DNA of 40,000 bases from assembly GCA_963798865.1 (NCBI GenBank), contig CAWCVZ010000004.1, positions 56,862 to 96,861 on the forward strand, in the 5' to 3' direction. Below, piece after piece: positions 27,917 through 38,349 of the stretch; the first letter of the stretch is position 1, and every line of letters begins with the position of its first letter. The notes beneath the pieces are model-generated. The model was not told the DNA's origin. It searched no databases and was given only the letters and a program-made list of their open reading frames with translations. The DNA is from an uncultured Ignavibacteria bacterium. GTDB taxonomy: Bacteria > Bacteroidota > Ignavibacteria > Ignavibacteriales > Ignavibacteriaceae. The position numbers were made by a program, and so were the translations under genes.

Positions 27917-28630
27917 TTATTCAGGAACATGCACGAGAAAATATTCTTTTGCAGATTCACCAATTGATTTTGCTTCCTTTAATGTCATATGCATTTCATC
28001 TGGTGTATCTTCATCGTGCCCGGCTTCAATAATAGCAAGATCAGCACCTTTTGCCTGTTTAACAAGGTCTTCACAATAAGCGGTATCGCCGCCATAGCAT
28101 ATTTTTAATCCACTGTAAGTGAACTTATAGCCCAATGCCGGAACCTGCCTAGTTGATATTCCATCATGTAAATACTCTTTATGGATTACAGGAAAAGGAC
28201 GGATTGAAATATTTCCAGCTTTATAATTCCGGTGATACTTTATTTTTTTTAAAACTATTTCATACGGAAGTGTTTTTGAATATACTTTTTTAAATGCATT
28301 ATGAATACTATCTATTTCAACACAACCTTCCGGATAATGAATTGAAAGGAGAGTTTTCTTATTCATAACACGCATATAAGTTAGAAGCGACCAAACTCCT
28401 CCAACATGATCATGATGACCGTGTGTGATAAACAAGTCGTCAATTCTTAAAATTTTTTCAGTTCCAATTTCATTGTTTAAATCACGAAGAATTCCATCAC
28501 CGGGATCTACGACAAACATAGATTTACCGGCTTTAATTAATATACCTGTTGCAATGTTCGGGATAGAGCAAAAGATTTTAATATAAAATTTTTTCTTCTG
28601 CCATATTAAAGGATAACGTTGACTAAGCAT
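27917..28630 (-). CDS. MBL-fold metallo-hydrolase
   Basis: ITHGHHDHVGG motif and later Asp/His ligands. Confidence 0.8.
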   Translation of the reverse strand: MLSQRYPLIWQKKKFYIKIFCSIPNIATGILIKAGKSMFVVDPGDGILRDLNNEIGTEKILRIDDLFITHGHHDHVGGVWSLLTYMRVMNKKTLLSIHYPEGCVEIDSIHNAFKKVYSKTLPYEIVLKKIKYHRNYKAGNISIRPFPVIHKEYLHDGISTRQVPALGYKFTYSGLKICYGGDTAYCEDLVKQAKGADLAIIEAGHDEDTPDEMHMTLKEAKSIGESAKEYFLVHVPE

Positions 28631-28641
28631 TAAAAACCTGT

Positions 28642-29103
28642 TTAGAAATTTTGTTCTTTAAAATATTTACAAGTTTTAGTGTTTTTGCATCGGGCAAAAA
28701 TGTTGAACGAATAACTTTCAAAATTAAATCCAAGCTTATCACTGATTTGTGAAGGCAGCTTTTTTATTTGTGCATCAACAAATTCAACAATCCTTCCGCA
28801 ATCAACACAAATTAAATGATCGTGACTCTGTCTTTTATAATTACTTTCGTACCTGGATACGTTATCTCCAAAGTTACGTTTACTCAGCAAATCGCACTGA
28901 ACAAGAAGCTCCAATGTTTTATAAACAGTGGCCCTAGAAACTCTTGAATGATTATTCTTCATCAAAATATAAAGGTCATCTGCGCCAAAATGTCCGTCAT
29001 AATCAAGAGCCGAATCCATTACTTCAAATCTTTCCGGGGTAATACGGTTCTTTTCGCTTTTTAAAAAATGTCTGAATATTTCTGAGGCTTGAGGATGTTT
29101 CAC
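28642..29103 (-). CDS. fur: Fur-family transcriptional regulator
   Basis: 153 aa with a winged-helix N-terminus and HDHLICVDCGRIVEF plus a C-terminal Cys pair. Adjacent to feoAB. Confidence 0.85.
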   Translation of the reverse strand: MKHPQASEIFRHFLKSEKNRITPERFEVMDSALDYDGHFGADDLYILMKNNHSRVSRATVYKTLELLVQCDLLSKRNFGDNVSRYESNYKRQSHDHLICVDCGRIVEFVDAQIKKLPSQISDKLGFNFESYSFNIFARCKNTKTCKYFKEQNF

Positions 29104-29200
29104 TCACATTCCTAATTAATCTATTATTGTAAAAATATACCGGACTTGTATGAATATCAAGAATAAAGACAACGAACCTTGAAGCGGATTAATGAATTAA

Positions 29201-31243
29201 TTAACTAACTCCCAGAGCCCTGAGTCCATTGACAGTAATGAAAGTAAAAAAATAGGCAAGAGAAGTAAAAATAATTACCTGAAGAATAGGTATCCTCCAG
29301 CTTCCTGTTTCCTTTCTTGAAACAGCAACCGTTGAAAGACATTGAAGGGCAAAGACAAAAAATACTATTAAACCCGTTATCGTTGAAGTTGTAAATAATT
29401 TTTTTCCAGTGTCTTTTATTTCAGCTTTACGCATTGATTGAATCATAGAAGTTTGAAAAGTCTCTTCATTATCAGTCACTTTAAAAATCAAAGCAAGTGA
29501 GCTAACAAAAACTTCTCTTGCAGTAAATGCTGCAATTAAAGAAACGCCCACCCGCCAGTCCATTCCGATTGGCGTCATAGCTGGCTGAATAAATTTTCCG
29601 AGATCAGAAGCATATGAATTAGATAATCTTTGAGTTTGCTGAACCCGTATAACTTCCAAGTTAGATAAATTGGTTTTATCAACCTGTGGATTTATATCCG
29701 GGAAATATGTAAGAAACCATAGCAGTATAGAAAAGCCAAGAATAACAGGTCCGGCTTTTTGCAAATACATTTTAGCATTCATATAAGAATTAGTTACTAT
29801 GAAATTTAACTTTGGTTTTCTGTAAGCTGGCAGTTCAATAATAAAGGAAGAATTATCTTCCTCTTTTATTATTTTATTTCTGAATTTGTTTATTATGCTT
29901 GCAATAACAATCGAACTTGAAACACTGAAAATATAAATACAGGCAAGAATAATTCCACCCAGCCAGGATTTGCCTTCAGGAATTAAAAAGGCAATCAGCA
30001 ATGCGTAAACAGGAAGTCGTGCACTGCAGCTCATTAATGGTAGAATGAAAATTGTTAAGAATCTTTCGCGTCGATTCGGAATTGTTCTGGCAGCCATCAT
30101 TGCAGGTATAGCACAGGCAAAACCTGAAAGCATTGGCACAAAAGATTTTCCATTTAACCCGATTTTTGAAAGAGGTTTATCAACAATCATTGCTCCTCTT
30201 GCAAGGTAACCTGAATCCTCTAATAATCCCAGTATTAAAAAAAGAATTAAAATTTGTGGTAGGAAAACAAGTACTGAACCGGTTCCGCTTATTATTCCGG
30301 TAGAAATAAAATCTGAAAACCAATTGTTCCCGAGTAATGCTGCTGTTTCCGAAGATAAGAACCCGAAGAAATTATCTACTAATGACATTAAAGGATTTGC
30401 AAGCCAGAATATTGAAGTGAAAGTTGCCGCCATTATTAAAAAAAAGAAAACTCCCCCAAGGCTTGGATGTAAAAGGAATTTATCAATCTTTACTGAAGTG
30501 CTGTCTAAGGAATATTTGTTTTTATTTTCAGAAGGAACAGTTAAAACATTTAATTGCGAATTTGCTGCTTCAATATCAAACCCATTCCCGTTTGAATGAA
30601 TCTCATAAACAACTTCACTTTCAATTTGTTCAATCTCTTTATAAATATTTAACAGAGATTCCCGATCACTATGAATTAATTGAACTATCTCAGATTTTTT
30701 TTCCTGCAATAAAAATTTATTAAGCTGATCCGAAATCGTGTTCAATAAATTATTTATTCCATCCCCGTTTCTTCCATCAACCTGGATGATTTCACAACCG
30801 AGAATAATTCTTAGTTTACTTAAAGAGATTTCCAATTTTTTCTTTTTAAGAAGATCATTCATTGTTAAAGCAACAATTAAATTAAATCCGCAGTTCTTTA
30901 GTTGTTTTACAAGTAGCAAATGTCTTGATAGCTGACTGGAATCAACAGTAACCACGACAATATCAGGTTGTCCATATAATGGGTGATTAAATATTGCATC
31001 AATTGAAATTTTTTCATCAGGCGAGTTTGCTGAAAGACTAACAATACCGGGCGAGTCAAGAATGTTGCCATTGAGATTGAATCTGTTTAGTAAACGTGCA
31101 ACGGAATATTCAACTGTTGCGCCGGGGTAATTTACGGTTTTATAATTTTTTCCGCTCAGGTAATTAAAAAGAGTTGTCTTACCGGAATTAGGAGGGCCGA
31201 CTAAAGTTATAAAAGGAATTTTTTCAGATGTCTGCAAACTCAT
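29201..31243 (-). CDS. feoB: Ferrous iron transporter FeoB
   Basis: 680 aa with the N-terminal G-domain GPPNSGKTTLFN and a polytopic C-terminal permease. Confidence 0.95.
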   Translation of the reverse strand: MSLQTSEKIPFITLVGPPNSGKTTLFNYLSGKNYKTVNYPGATVEYSVARLLNRFNLNGNILDSPGIVSLSANSPDEKISIDAIFNHPLYGQPDIVVVTVDSSQLSRHLLLVKQLKNCGFNLIVALTMNDLLKKKKLEISLSKLRIILGCEIIQVDGRNGDGINNLLNTISDQLNKFLLQEKKSEIVQLIHSDRESLLNIYKEIEQIESEVVYEIHSNGNGFDIEAANSQLNVLTVPSENKNKYSLDSTSVKIDKFLLHPSLGGVFFFLIMAATFTSIFWLANPLMSLVDNFFGFLSSETAALLGNNWFSDFISTGIISGTGSVLVFLPQILILFLILGLLEDSGYLARGAMIVDKPLSKIGLNGKSFVPMLSGFACAIPAMMAARTIPNRRERFLTIFILPLMSCSARLPVYALLIAFLIPEGKSWLGGIILACIYIFSVSSSIVIASIINKFRNKIIKEEDNSSFIIELPAYRKPKLNFIVTNSYMNAKMYLQKAGPVILGFSILLWFLTYFPDINPQVDKTNLSNLEVIRVQQTQRLSNSYASDLGKFIQPAMTPIGMDWRVGVSLIAAFTAREVFVSSLALIFKVTDNEETFQTSMIQSMRKAEIKDTGKKLFTTSTITGLIVFFVFALQCLSTVAVSRKETGSWRIPILQVIIFTSLAYFFTFITVNGLRALGVS

Positions 31244-31461
31244 GCAACTTTAATACAATCAGCTTCGTCTCTTCTCATTGCTATTAGAGTACCACGGACA
31301 GAAAAGGCAAGTGGATCATTAAAGAGAGATCTGTTTATTAATTCTATTTCCTGACCGGGAGTGAACCCGATCTCAATAATTCTTTTTGATGAAGGGTGAG
31401 AAGAATCTATTTCAAAAATTTTAACTTTTTCACCATACTTTAATTCTGAAGCTTTTTTCAT
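31240..31461 (-). CDS. feoA: FeoA family protein (start taken at the internal ATG; the ORF track extends to 31521)
   Basis: MKKASELKYGEKVKIFEI...GFTPGQEIELI...RGTLIAMRRDEA is the FeoA SH3-like pattern. It overlaps the feoB start by 4 nt. Confidence 0.85.
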   Translation of the reverse strand: MKKASELKYGEKVKIFEIDSSHPSSKRIIEIGFTPGQEIELINRSLFNDPLAFSVRGTLIAMRRDEADCIKVA

Positions 31462-31470
31462 TGTATATCC

Positions 31471-31489
31471 AATATTAATAATATTATTT
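31471..31489. promoter_or_regulatory. Candidate Fur-box-like AT palindrome upstream of feoA
   Basis: aatattaataatattattt resembles the GATAATGATAATCATTATC class of operators. It lies 10 nt upstream of the short feoA start. A match by eye in AT-rich DNA is weak evidence. Confidence 0.2.
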
Positions 31490-31682
31490 AGATTTAGTCT
31501 ACATAAAAATAAGATGCTCATACAACAAAAGCAATATAAATTTTAAAAGAAAAGCTGATATTAAGAGATTTATTTGCATCAATAATTTTTCTCTGTTTTT
31601 TCTAAGCAAAAAGCTTACCAATTCATTATAAAATTTGATAAATTAATATCATATAAAAATTAAAAAAAATGAGAGTTATAAC

Positions 31683-33245
31683 ATGGAAGTATTAGAAAAA
31701 TCAGCTGTTAAATCCGATTTATTAGAAAAGCTTGGAATAAATGAGAATAATTTTGGCGCATCAAGTGGTGTAAATTGGTTTAAAACATCCAGTGAAGGTG
31801 AACTAAAAATTATTTCTCCTACTAACGGTGAACTGATTGCCTCAGTTTATCAGGCATCCGAAGCAGATTATGAAAATATAATTGCACTTGCTCAAGATGC
31901 TCTGAAATTCTGGGTCAAAGTTCCTGCACCCAAAAGAGGGGAAATTGTCAGGCAGATAGGAAACAGGTTACGGGATTATAAAAAGGATTTAGGTAGTCTT
32001 GTTTCTTACGAGATGGGAAAATCACTTCAGGAGGGGATGGGTGAAGTTCAGGAGATGATTGATATTTGTGATTTTGCTGTCGGGCAGTCACGCCAGCTAT
32101 ATGGTTTTACAATGCAATCCGAAAGATTTAACCATAGGATGTATGATCAATATCATCCACTTGGTATAGTTGTAACGATATCTGCTTTTAATTTTCCAGT
32201 GGCAGTTTGGTCATGGAATGCGATGATTGCTGCAGTATGTGGAAATGTTAATATTTGGAAACCATCATCAAAAGTTCCGCTGTCTGCAATTGCCTGCCAG
32301 AATATTATTAAAGATGTTCTGCAGGATAATAATCTTCCTGAAGGAATTTTTTCTTTGATAATCGGGAAAGGCGCTACCATTGGAGAAAAAATATTAAATG
32401 ATAAAAGAATTCCGATGATTTCTATAACAGGTTCCACCAGAGTTGGACAGCATGCTGCTGAAGTTGTTGCAAAGAGATTTGGTAAGACAATTCTGGAACT
32501 TGGCGGCAACAATGCAATAATTATAACTCCAAATGCTGATCTTAAAATGGCTTTGCCTGCAATTGTCTTTGGCGCTGTAGGAACTGCAGGACAAAGATGT
32601 ACAACTACAAGGAGATTGATAATACATGAATCAATTTATGATAAAGTTAAAGAATCTCTTATGAATGCTTATAAGGGATTAAAGATTGGAGACCCGCTTG
32701 ATGAAAAAAATCATGTTGGACCCTTGATTGATAAAAATGCTGTCAAAGATTTTACAAATGCTCTTGAAAAAGTTAAACAGGAGGGTGGTAAAATAATTTA
32801 TGGCGGTGAAGTACTTAATGGCGGAGATTATGAAACAGGTACATACGTTGTTCCAGCAATAGTTGAAGCTGATAATAAATTTAAAATTGTCCAGGAAGAA
32901 ACTTTTGCACCAATTCTTTATCTCGTTAAATATAGCGGAGAAGTTAACAATGCCATTAAGATTCAGAATGATGTACCGCAAGGATTATCATCATCTATTT
33001 TTACATTAAACCTTAGAGAAGCGGAAGAATTTCTCTCTTCAACCGGATCTGACTGTGGTATTGCAAATGTAAATATCGGAACATCCGGCGCTGAAATAGG
33101 GGGTGCCTTTGGTGGTGAAAAAGAAACAGGCGGAGGAAGGGAATCGGGTTCTGACGTTTGGAAAGTTTATATGAGGAGGCAAACTAATACAATTAATTAT
33201 GGCACTACTTTGCCTTTAGCCCAGGGAATAAAATTTAATATTTAA
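31683..33245 (+). CDS. Aldehyde dehydrogenase (ALDH7 / piperideine-6-carboxylate dehydrogenase-like)
   Basis: 520 aa with the ELGGNNA catalytic-Glu block, the GTAGQRCTT catalytic-Cys block and the EETFAPIL motif. Confidence 0.9.
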   Translation: MEVLEKSAVKSDLLEKLGINENNFGASSGVNWFKTSSEGELKIISPTNGELIASVYQASEADYENIIALAQDALKFWVKVPAPKRGEIVRQIGNRLRDYKKDLGSLVSYEMGKSLQEGMGEVQEMIDICDFAVGQSRQLYGFTMQSERFNHRMYDQYHPLGIVVTISAFNFPVAVWSWNAMIAAVCGNVNIWKPSSKVPLSAIACQNIIKDVLQDNNLPEGIFSLIIGKGATIGEKILNDKRIPMISITGSTRVGQHAAEVVAKRFGKTILELGGNNAIIITPNADLKMALPAIVFGAVGTAGQRCTTTRRLIIHESIYDKVKESLMNAYKGLKIGDPLDEKNHVGPLIDKNAVKDFTNALEKVKQEGGKIIYGGEVLNGGDYETGTYVVPAIVEADNKFKIVQEETFAPILYLVKYSGEVNNAIKIQNDVPQGLSSSIFTLNLREAEEFLSSTGSDCGIANVNIGTSGAEIGGAFGGEKETGGGRESGSDVWKVYMRRQTNTINYGTTLPLAQGIKFNI

Positions 33246-33295
33246 AGATTATATTCTAAAAATCAAATATCTCATCGTACTTTTCTTTTAAATTT

Positions 33296-33330
33296 AAATC
33301 CAGTTCTTTTTTCTGAACTGGATTTTTTTT
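33296..33330 (+). terminator. Rho-independent terminator of the ALDH gene
   Basis: An 11-bp perfect stem, aaatccagttc (33296-33306) with gaactggattt (33315-33325), is followed by a T-run. Confidence 0.8.
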
Positions 33331-33572
33331 GCCGGCTTAATTTGTACACCAGTGAACTAAGAAATGAACAACAGCAAGTAAATTTTTCTTCGAATTACTC
33401 AAGTACCCAGATAATTCTTAAAATATGTGAATTATTGCAACTCGATTAAAAAATTGTAATAAATCTGATTTAGAACATATTTCAAGGCTTTAACTTTGTT
33501 TAATTATTATCAAGAGTTGAATGGTACAATTATTAGTAAGTATTAATTAAGAAAGTTAAAGCGGAGTTTAAA

Positions 33573-34292
33573 ATGGAACGAATATCTTTAGAAACTTTTT
33601 TTTCATCAGAAACTGATCTGGAAATGAACCAATATAAAATTTTGGGAGGGATTAAAGAACTAAATACAGACTTTGATAAAAAGAAAATATATCCCGGACT
33701 GGCTTCTCTAATTGCTTTAAAAAGTTCTCTTGAACAAATTCGTGAGGAAAGAAAATCTCTTAGCGGGAAATTTCCTAAACAAATTAAAGGGTTTGATATT
33801 AAAGAAAGGAAAATAATTTTTTCTATTCCGGGGGAGAATGCCAATTATAAAAATATTGATAAGGTTTTTGAATTAATAGATTGGGCATTACCGCATATTC
33901 AGGATGCAATTGAAGAGGGAATTGTTCTTTTTGACTTTGTTGAAAAAAATATTCTCCTTGAACAGGTTGGAATTCTTCCTATTTATAAAGATGAAGGATA
34001 TTTTTTAATTAATGATAACATCGTCAGCGAAATTCAGGTGCACCGTTACGAATGCTCTTTATTTTCATCTGGTAAGGAAAAATTCAGAGCATTAAAAACA
34101 GAATTCGTTAAAAGTGAAAAACAGGAGTTAATAATAAAATCACCTGAGTCTATTAAACATCAATTAATAAAAGAAAGGCAGGATTTGCCAAACCCTGCCA
34201 CATTTATTTGTAATTCCGATCTCGATTTCCCTTTTGCAGAAACAATCTTTCCTGTTGCTAAAAGGAAACTTATGACAGCAATTGCTTCCTGA
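33573..34292 (+). CDS. Hypothetical protein
   Basis: 239-aa ORF with coding-like composition. I recognise no motif. Confidence 0.6.
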   Translation: MERISLETFFSSETDLEMNQYKILGGIKELNTDFDKKKIYPGLASLIALKSSLEQIREERKSLSGKFPKQIKGFDIKERKIIFSIPGENANYKNIDKVFELIDWALPHIQDAIEEGIVLFDFVEKNILLEQVGILPIYKDEGYFLINDNIVSEIQVHRYECSLFSSGKEKFRALKTEFVKSEKQELIIKSPESIKHQLIKERQDLPNPATFICNSDLDFPFAETIFPVAKRKLMTAIAS

Positions 34293-34293
34293 A

Positions 34294-36387
34294 TTATCCT
34301 ACAGAAAGAGCAATTAAATCAGCTAAAACTTTTGCTGATTCATCAAGATAAAGATCTTTTGGTGCTGAGGATTCCTTTACTTCTTCGCCTTTATTCAGAA
34401 GTTTAATTCCCTTTATTTTTCTACGTTCATTTTCTCTCTGAAATTTTTCTTCATCCTGTTTAGCCATTTCCTCTTTTCTAACTTTTTCATTCAGAGAAAT
34501 CATGTTTTTGTTTCTTTCTTCTTTTGATTCCTGAATGTCCTCCATTATATAATCAAATTCATTACTTGATTTTATTCTCTCCTTATGCTTGGCATTCAAC
34601 AAGGAAATAAAATCTTTAACATTCCCTGCTATTTTATATTTAGTTGGTCTGATTTCATCCCACGGTAAAGCACTTTTTTCAGAGCTCTCACCAAATTCAT
34701 CGGCATCAATTGATGAAGGTAAAAGAATATCAGGTACAACTCCAAGACTTTGTGTACTGCCTCCATTTATCCTATAATATTTTGCAATAGTTACTTTTAA
34801 TTGGCCTAGCTTATCATCGTTGCTTTGAATAATCCTGTTAAGGTCAATCAGGTTCTGAACAGTTCCTTTTCCATAAGTTTGTTCGCCGATAATTAATCCC
34901 CGTTCATAATCCTGAATAGCGCCTGAGAAAATTTCGGATGCCGAAGCACTGAATTTATTAACAAGTACAGCCAAAGGGCCATCATAAAAAATACTTGAAT
35001 CTGTATCGTCGCCTACCTGAACACTTCCATCGCTATTTCTAACCTGGACAACAGGTCCGTCTTTAATAAAGAGACCGGTTAGGTCGATTGCTTCATTAAG
35101 TGCACCGCCGCCATTATTTCTTAAATCAATAATAATTCCATCAACTTTTTCTTTTTTAAGCTCTTCAATTATTTTTTTTACATCGCGTGTTGTGCTTCTG
35201 TAATCTTTATCTCCCTTTTGTTGGGCTTCAAAATCGCTATAGAAAGTAGGGATATTAATAACCCCGATTTTATAATGAATTTTATTTTGTTCAAAATCCA
35301 AAATTTCTTTTTTAGCTGCTTGTTCTTCAAGCTTAACTTTATCACGGATTAGTTTTATTTCCTTAGGTATTGCATTCAACCCTGCGTCGGCTGGCAGAAT
35401 AAGAAGCCTGACAGTTGTACCTTTTGGTCCTCTGATAAGTTGAACTACATCTGTGACTCTCCAACCAATAACATCAACCATTTCACCTGTATCATCCTGC
35501 CCGACTCCAACAATTTTATCATTGCGGTTAAGCTTATTACTTTTATATGCAGGTCCCCCTGGAATTATTTCCACAATTTTTATATAATCATCATCCTGCT
35601 GCAATTGAGCACCTATTCCTTCAAGAGAGAGACTCATATTTATCTTAAAATTTTCTGATGCAAGAGGAGAAAAATAATTTGTATGCGGATCAATAGACTG
35701 AGTATAAGAATTCATGAATAATTGATAAATATCCTCGCTGTTATACTGGTTTATTGCTTTCCTGTAATTTTCATATCTCCTTGATAAAGTAATATAAATT
35801 GAATCGGGATCTTTACCTGCTAACTTCAAATTTAATGCATCGTTCTTTACTCTTTTTCTCCAGATCTCATTTGCCTCCTCATTTGATGAAGGCCATTTAG
35901 CATCCTTTCTATCAATTTCATAATATTCATCTTTGGTAAAATCAAATGGTTCCTTAATTATTTTTTCAATATAGTCAAAACGGTCGTTTGCTCTTTCTCT
36001 ATATACTTCATATATATCATAAATAGCTTTAAGCTCACCATTCTTTAAATAATCATCTAATTGTGTTTTATATTTACTAAGGTCCTTCATATCTGAATCA
36101 AGGAAATAACTTTTATTATGATCCAGAGATTCTATATACCTGTCAAATATTTCTGTGGAAAGAGAATCATTAAGATTAAATTTTCTATAGTGATATCTTG
36201 AAACAAGATTATTAATTATTTCTGTTTCCTGAGGATAATAATCCTTCGGAGCCAGAACAGCGAGGGAATCGGGTGTAAAAGCAAGAGAGTCAGATTTATA
36301 AAATCTTGTTGAAAATATTCCTGCTGCTGCAATAATCAGCACTAAAAAAATAATTTTTTTCATTCTTTGTCCGGTTAGTTTTTTCAT
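34294..36387 (-). CDS. S41-family tail-specific (C-terminal processing) protease
   Basis: 697 aa with a signal anchor, a PDZ region (GIGAQL...IVEIIPGGPAYKS) and the S41 catalytic blocks DLRNNGGG and ASASEIFSGAIQDY...GKGTVQ. Confidence 0.9.
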   Translation of the reverse strand: MKKLTGQRMKKIIFLVLIIAAAGIFSTRFYKSDSLAFTPDSLAVLAPKDYYPQETEIINNLVSRYHYRKFNLNDSLSTEIFDRYIESLDHNKSYFLDSDMKDLSKYKTQLDDYLKNGELKAIYDIYEVYRERANDRFDYIEKIIKEPFDFTKDEYYEIDRKDAKWPSSNEEANEIWRKRVKNDALNLKLAGKDPDSIYITLSRRYENYRKAINQYNSEDIYQLFMNSYTQSIDPHTNYFSPLASENFKINMSLSLEGIGAQLQQDDDYIKIVEIIPGGPAYKSNKLNRNDKIVGVGQDDTGEMVDVIGWRVTDVVQLIRGPKGTTVRLLILPADAGLNAIPKEIKLIRDKVKLEEQAAKKEILDFEQNKIHYKIGVINIPTFYSDFEAQQKGDKDYRSTTRDVKKIIEELKKEKVDGIIIDLRNNGGGALNEAIDLTGLFIKDGPVVQVRNSDGSVQVGDDTDSSIFYDGPLAVLVNKFSASASEIFSGAIQDYERGLIIGEQTYGKGTVQNLIDLNRIIQSNDDKLGQLKVTIAKYYRINGGSTQSLGVVPDILLPSSIDADEFGESSEKSALPWDEIRPTKYKIAGNVKDFISLLNAKHKERIKSSNEFDYIMEDIQESKEERNKNMISLNEKVRKEEMAKQDEEKFQRENERRKIKGIKLLNKGEEVKESSAPKDLYLDESAKVLADLIALSVG

Positions 36388-36492
36388 AAATAATTGTACC
36401 TTATTACATTCAAATTTAGCAATTGTTCCTGTCTTTAAAAATGATAATTTTATACACTCAAACTATAAATATTCTTAAGGAAATTTAATGAG

Positions 36493-37209
36493 ATGAACGG
36501 CATAATTTACAAAAATATTCTTTTCATACTGCTTCTGTTTGTCACAAGTAACGCGCAGGAAGTATCAACCAATGAATATGGTTTATATGTTATCGATAAT
36601 GTTGAAAGATATCTGGCAATTACTGAACAAGACAGTAATAAAAAACTGGTAGATATTGAAAAATATATACCCGGAATTGTTTTAGACATTCGATATGCTA
36701 CGGATAATAACTTTGTTGGTGAACCTGTGTATATTATTCCTAAAGCATATACAAGATTACCGGTAGCAAAGGCATTAAAAAAAATTCAGAAAGAATTAGC
36801 TGTTGAGAATTTAGGTTTGAAAATATACGATGCTTACCGTCCTTATTCCGTAACTGTAAAATTCTTTAAGAAAGTTAAGGATACAAATTTTGTAGCATCT
36901 CCTAAAAATGGTTCCAGGCACAACAGGGGTTGTGCCGTTGATTTAACAATAGTTGATCTTAAAAGTGGCAAAGAAATTGACATGCCAACCGGGTATGATG
37001 ATTTTACTGAAAAAGCTTCCCAGAATTTCAATGATCTTCCTCAGAATGTTCTTAAAAACAGGGATAAGCTTAAAAGAATTATGACTGAGAATGGGTTTAA
37101 AGTTTATACCTCGGAATGGTGGCATTACGATTTTAACGGTTGGGAAAACTATGAACTTATGGATATTAGTTTTGAAGAGTTATCAGGTTTAGAAAAAAAT
37201 AAAAAGTAA
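36493..37209 (+). CDS. M15-family D-alanyl-D-alanine dipeptidase (VanX/DdpX-like), secreted
   Basis: Signal peptide, then SRHNRGCAVDL and EWWHYD metal/catalytic motifs. Confidence 0.85.
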   Translation: MNGIIYKNILFILLLFVTSNAQEVSTNEYGLYVIDNVERYLAITEQDSNKKLVDIEKYIPGIVLDIRYATDNNFVGEPVYIIPKAYTRLPVAKALKKIQKELAVENLGLKIYDAYRPYSVTVKFFKKVKDTNFVASPKNGSRHNRGCAVDLTIVDLKSGKEIDMPTGYDDFTEKASQNFNDLPQNVLKNRDKLKRIMTENGFKVYTSEWWHYDFNGWENYELMDISFEELSGLEKNKK

Positions 37210-37257
37210 TCTTATATTTAAAAAAGATTTTATGAATTTTTTAATTGGAAAAATATA

Positions 37258-37770
37258 ATGGCAAAAGTACGTGATGAATTAGAAAAAAAAGCTAAACAAT
37301 CGGAAACTTTAAGTGAATCGATTGATGCTGAAGAAGATAAAAATGAAGAAGCAGAAGATTATAAATCTAAAACCATTATCAATGATGAAGGAAAAGAAGT
37401 TTTGGTTTTTAATGATCCGCTTCATTCAAAGGAGAACAGGAGTATTGTTAATTACACAATATTCCGTGGTAAGTGGGAATTTGAAAACATGGATGATCTT
37501 GATGAAACAGATCATGAAAAGTGTGCAGTTAAGTTTACCCCGGTAAAAGATGCCTCAAACGTTACGATAGCTTTCAAATCACTTAAAGACAGAGTTGAAT
37601 TTATGGATTCAATCTATAGCGATAGTGAAATGAAACAGCTTGGTGGAGGAATTGATCTCGAAAAGCTGGCAAATTCTAAAGTGCTTAGAACTACCGGAGG
37701 ATTAATTGGAATCTCACTTGCTGCTTACGGGTTGTATAAAATATTTAAGGGAAAAGATAAAGAAGATTAA
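37258..37770 (+). CDS. Hypothetical protein with an acidic N-terminus and a C-terminal TM anchor
   Basis: 170-aa ORF. The C-terminal GGLIGISLAAYGLYKIF is hydrophobic. Confidence 0.6.
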   Translation: MAKVRDELEKKAKQSETLSESIDAEEDKNEEAEDYKSKTIINDEGKEVLVFNDPLHSKENRSIVNYTIFRGKWEFENMDDLDETDHEKCAVKFTPVKDASNVTIAFKSLKDRVEFMDSIYSDSEMKQLGGGIDLEKLANSKVLRTTGGLIGISLAAYGLYKIFKGKDKED

Positions 37771-37807
37771 TTAATATTCCATGTTTCTGGAAAACGCAAC
37801 TCTTTTT

Positions 37808-38335
37808 TCAATTCTTTGGAATATTTAGTCTTACTGCAGCATTAAAAACATAATCTGCATGTGAATCAATATCTTTTACTTCAAGTATATCTGCAATATT
37901 ACCTTCCATATCAACAATAAAAGTTACACGTTTTGCTAAACCATTATCTTTTAAAACACCATATTCTTTAACAACTTTTTTATCAGCGTCTGAAAGAAGA
38001 GGGAAGTTGAGATTATAATCATCAATAAATTTTTTAATATCTTCTTTTTTATCCGTGCTTATTCCAAGCACTTTAATATTATTTTTTTCAAACTTGCTCC
38101 AGGCATCTCTTATTCCGCAGGCTTCTTTTGTGCAGCCGGATGTACCGGCTGCAGGATAAAAATATATTACAACAGGAGATTTACCTTCATAAGACGATAA
38201 TGTGTATTCATTTCCATAAGCATCCTGAAGTTTAAAATCCGGAGCTTTATCACTCTTATTTAATTTAACCTGTGAGTAAGAAAGAGTCTGTAAAATTATC
38301 ATAACAAAAAATAAAACTTTAATACTCGTTTTCAT
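37808..38335 (-). CDS. Peroxiredoxin (Bcp/AhpC-TSA family) with a signal peptide
   Basis: FYPAAGTSGCTKEAC active-site block. Confidence 0.85.
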   Translation of the reverse strand: MKTSIKVLFFVMIILQTLSYSQVKLNKSDKAPDFKLQDAYGNEYTLSSYEGKSPVVIYFYPAAGTSGCTKEACGIRDAWSKFEKNNIKVLGISTDKKEDIKKFIDDYNLNFPLLSDADKKVVKEYGVLKDNGLAKRVTFIVDMEGNIADILEVKDIDSHADYVFNAAVRLNIPKN

Positions 38336-38349
38336 TTTTACTCCTTTAA

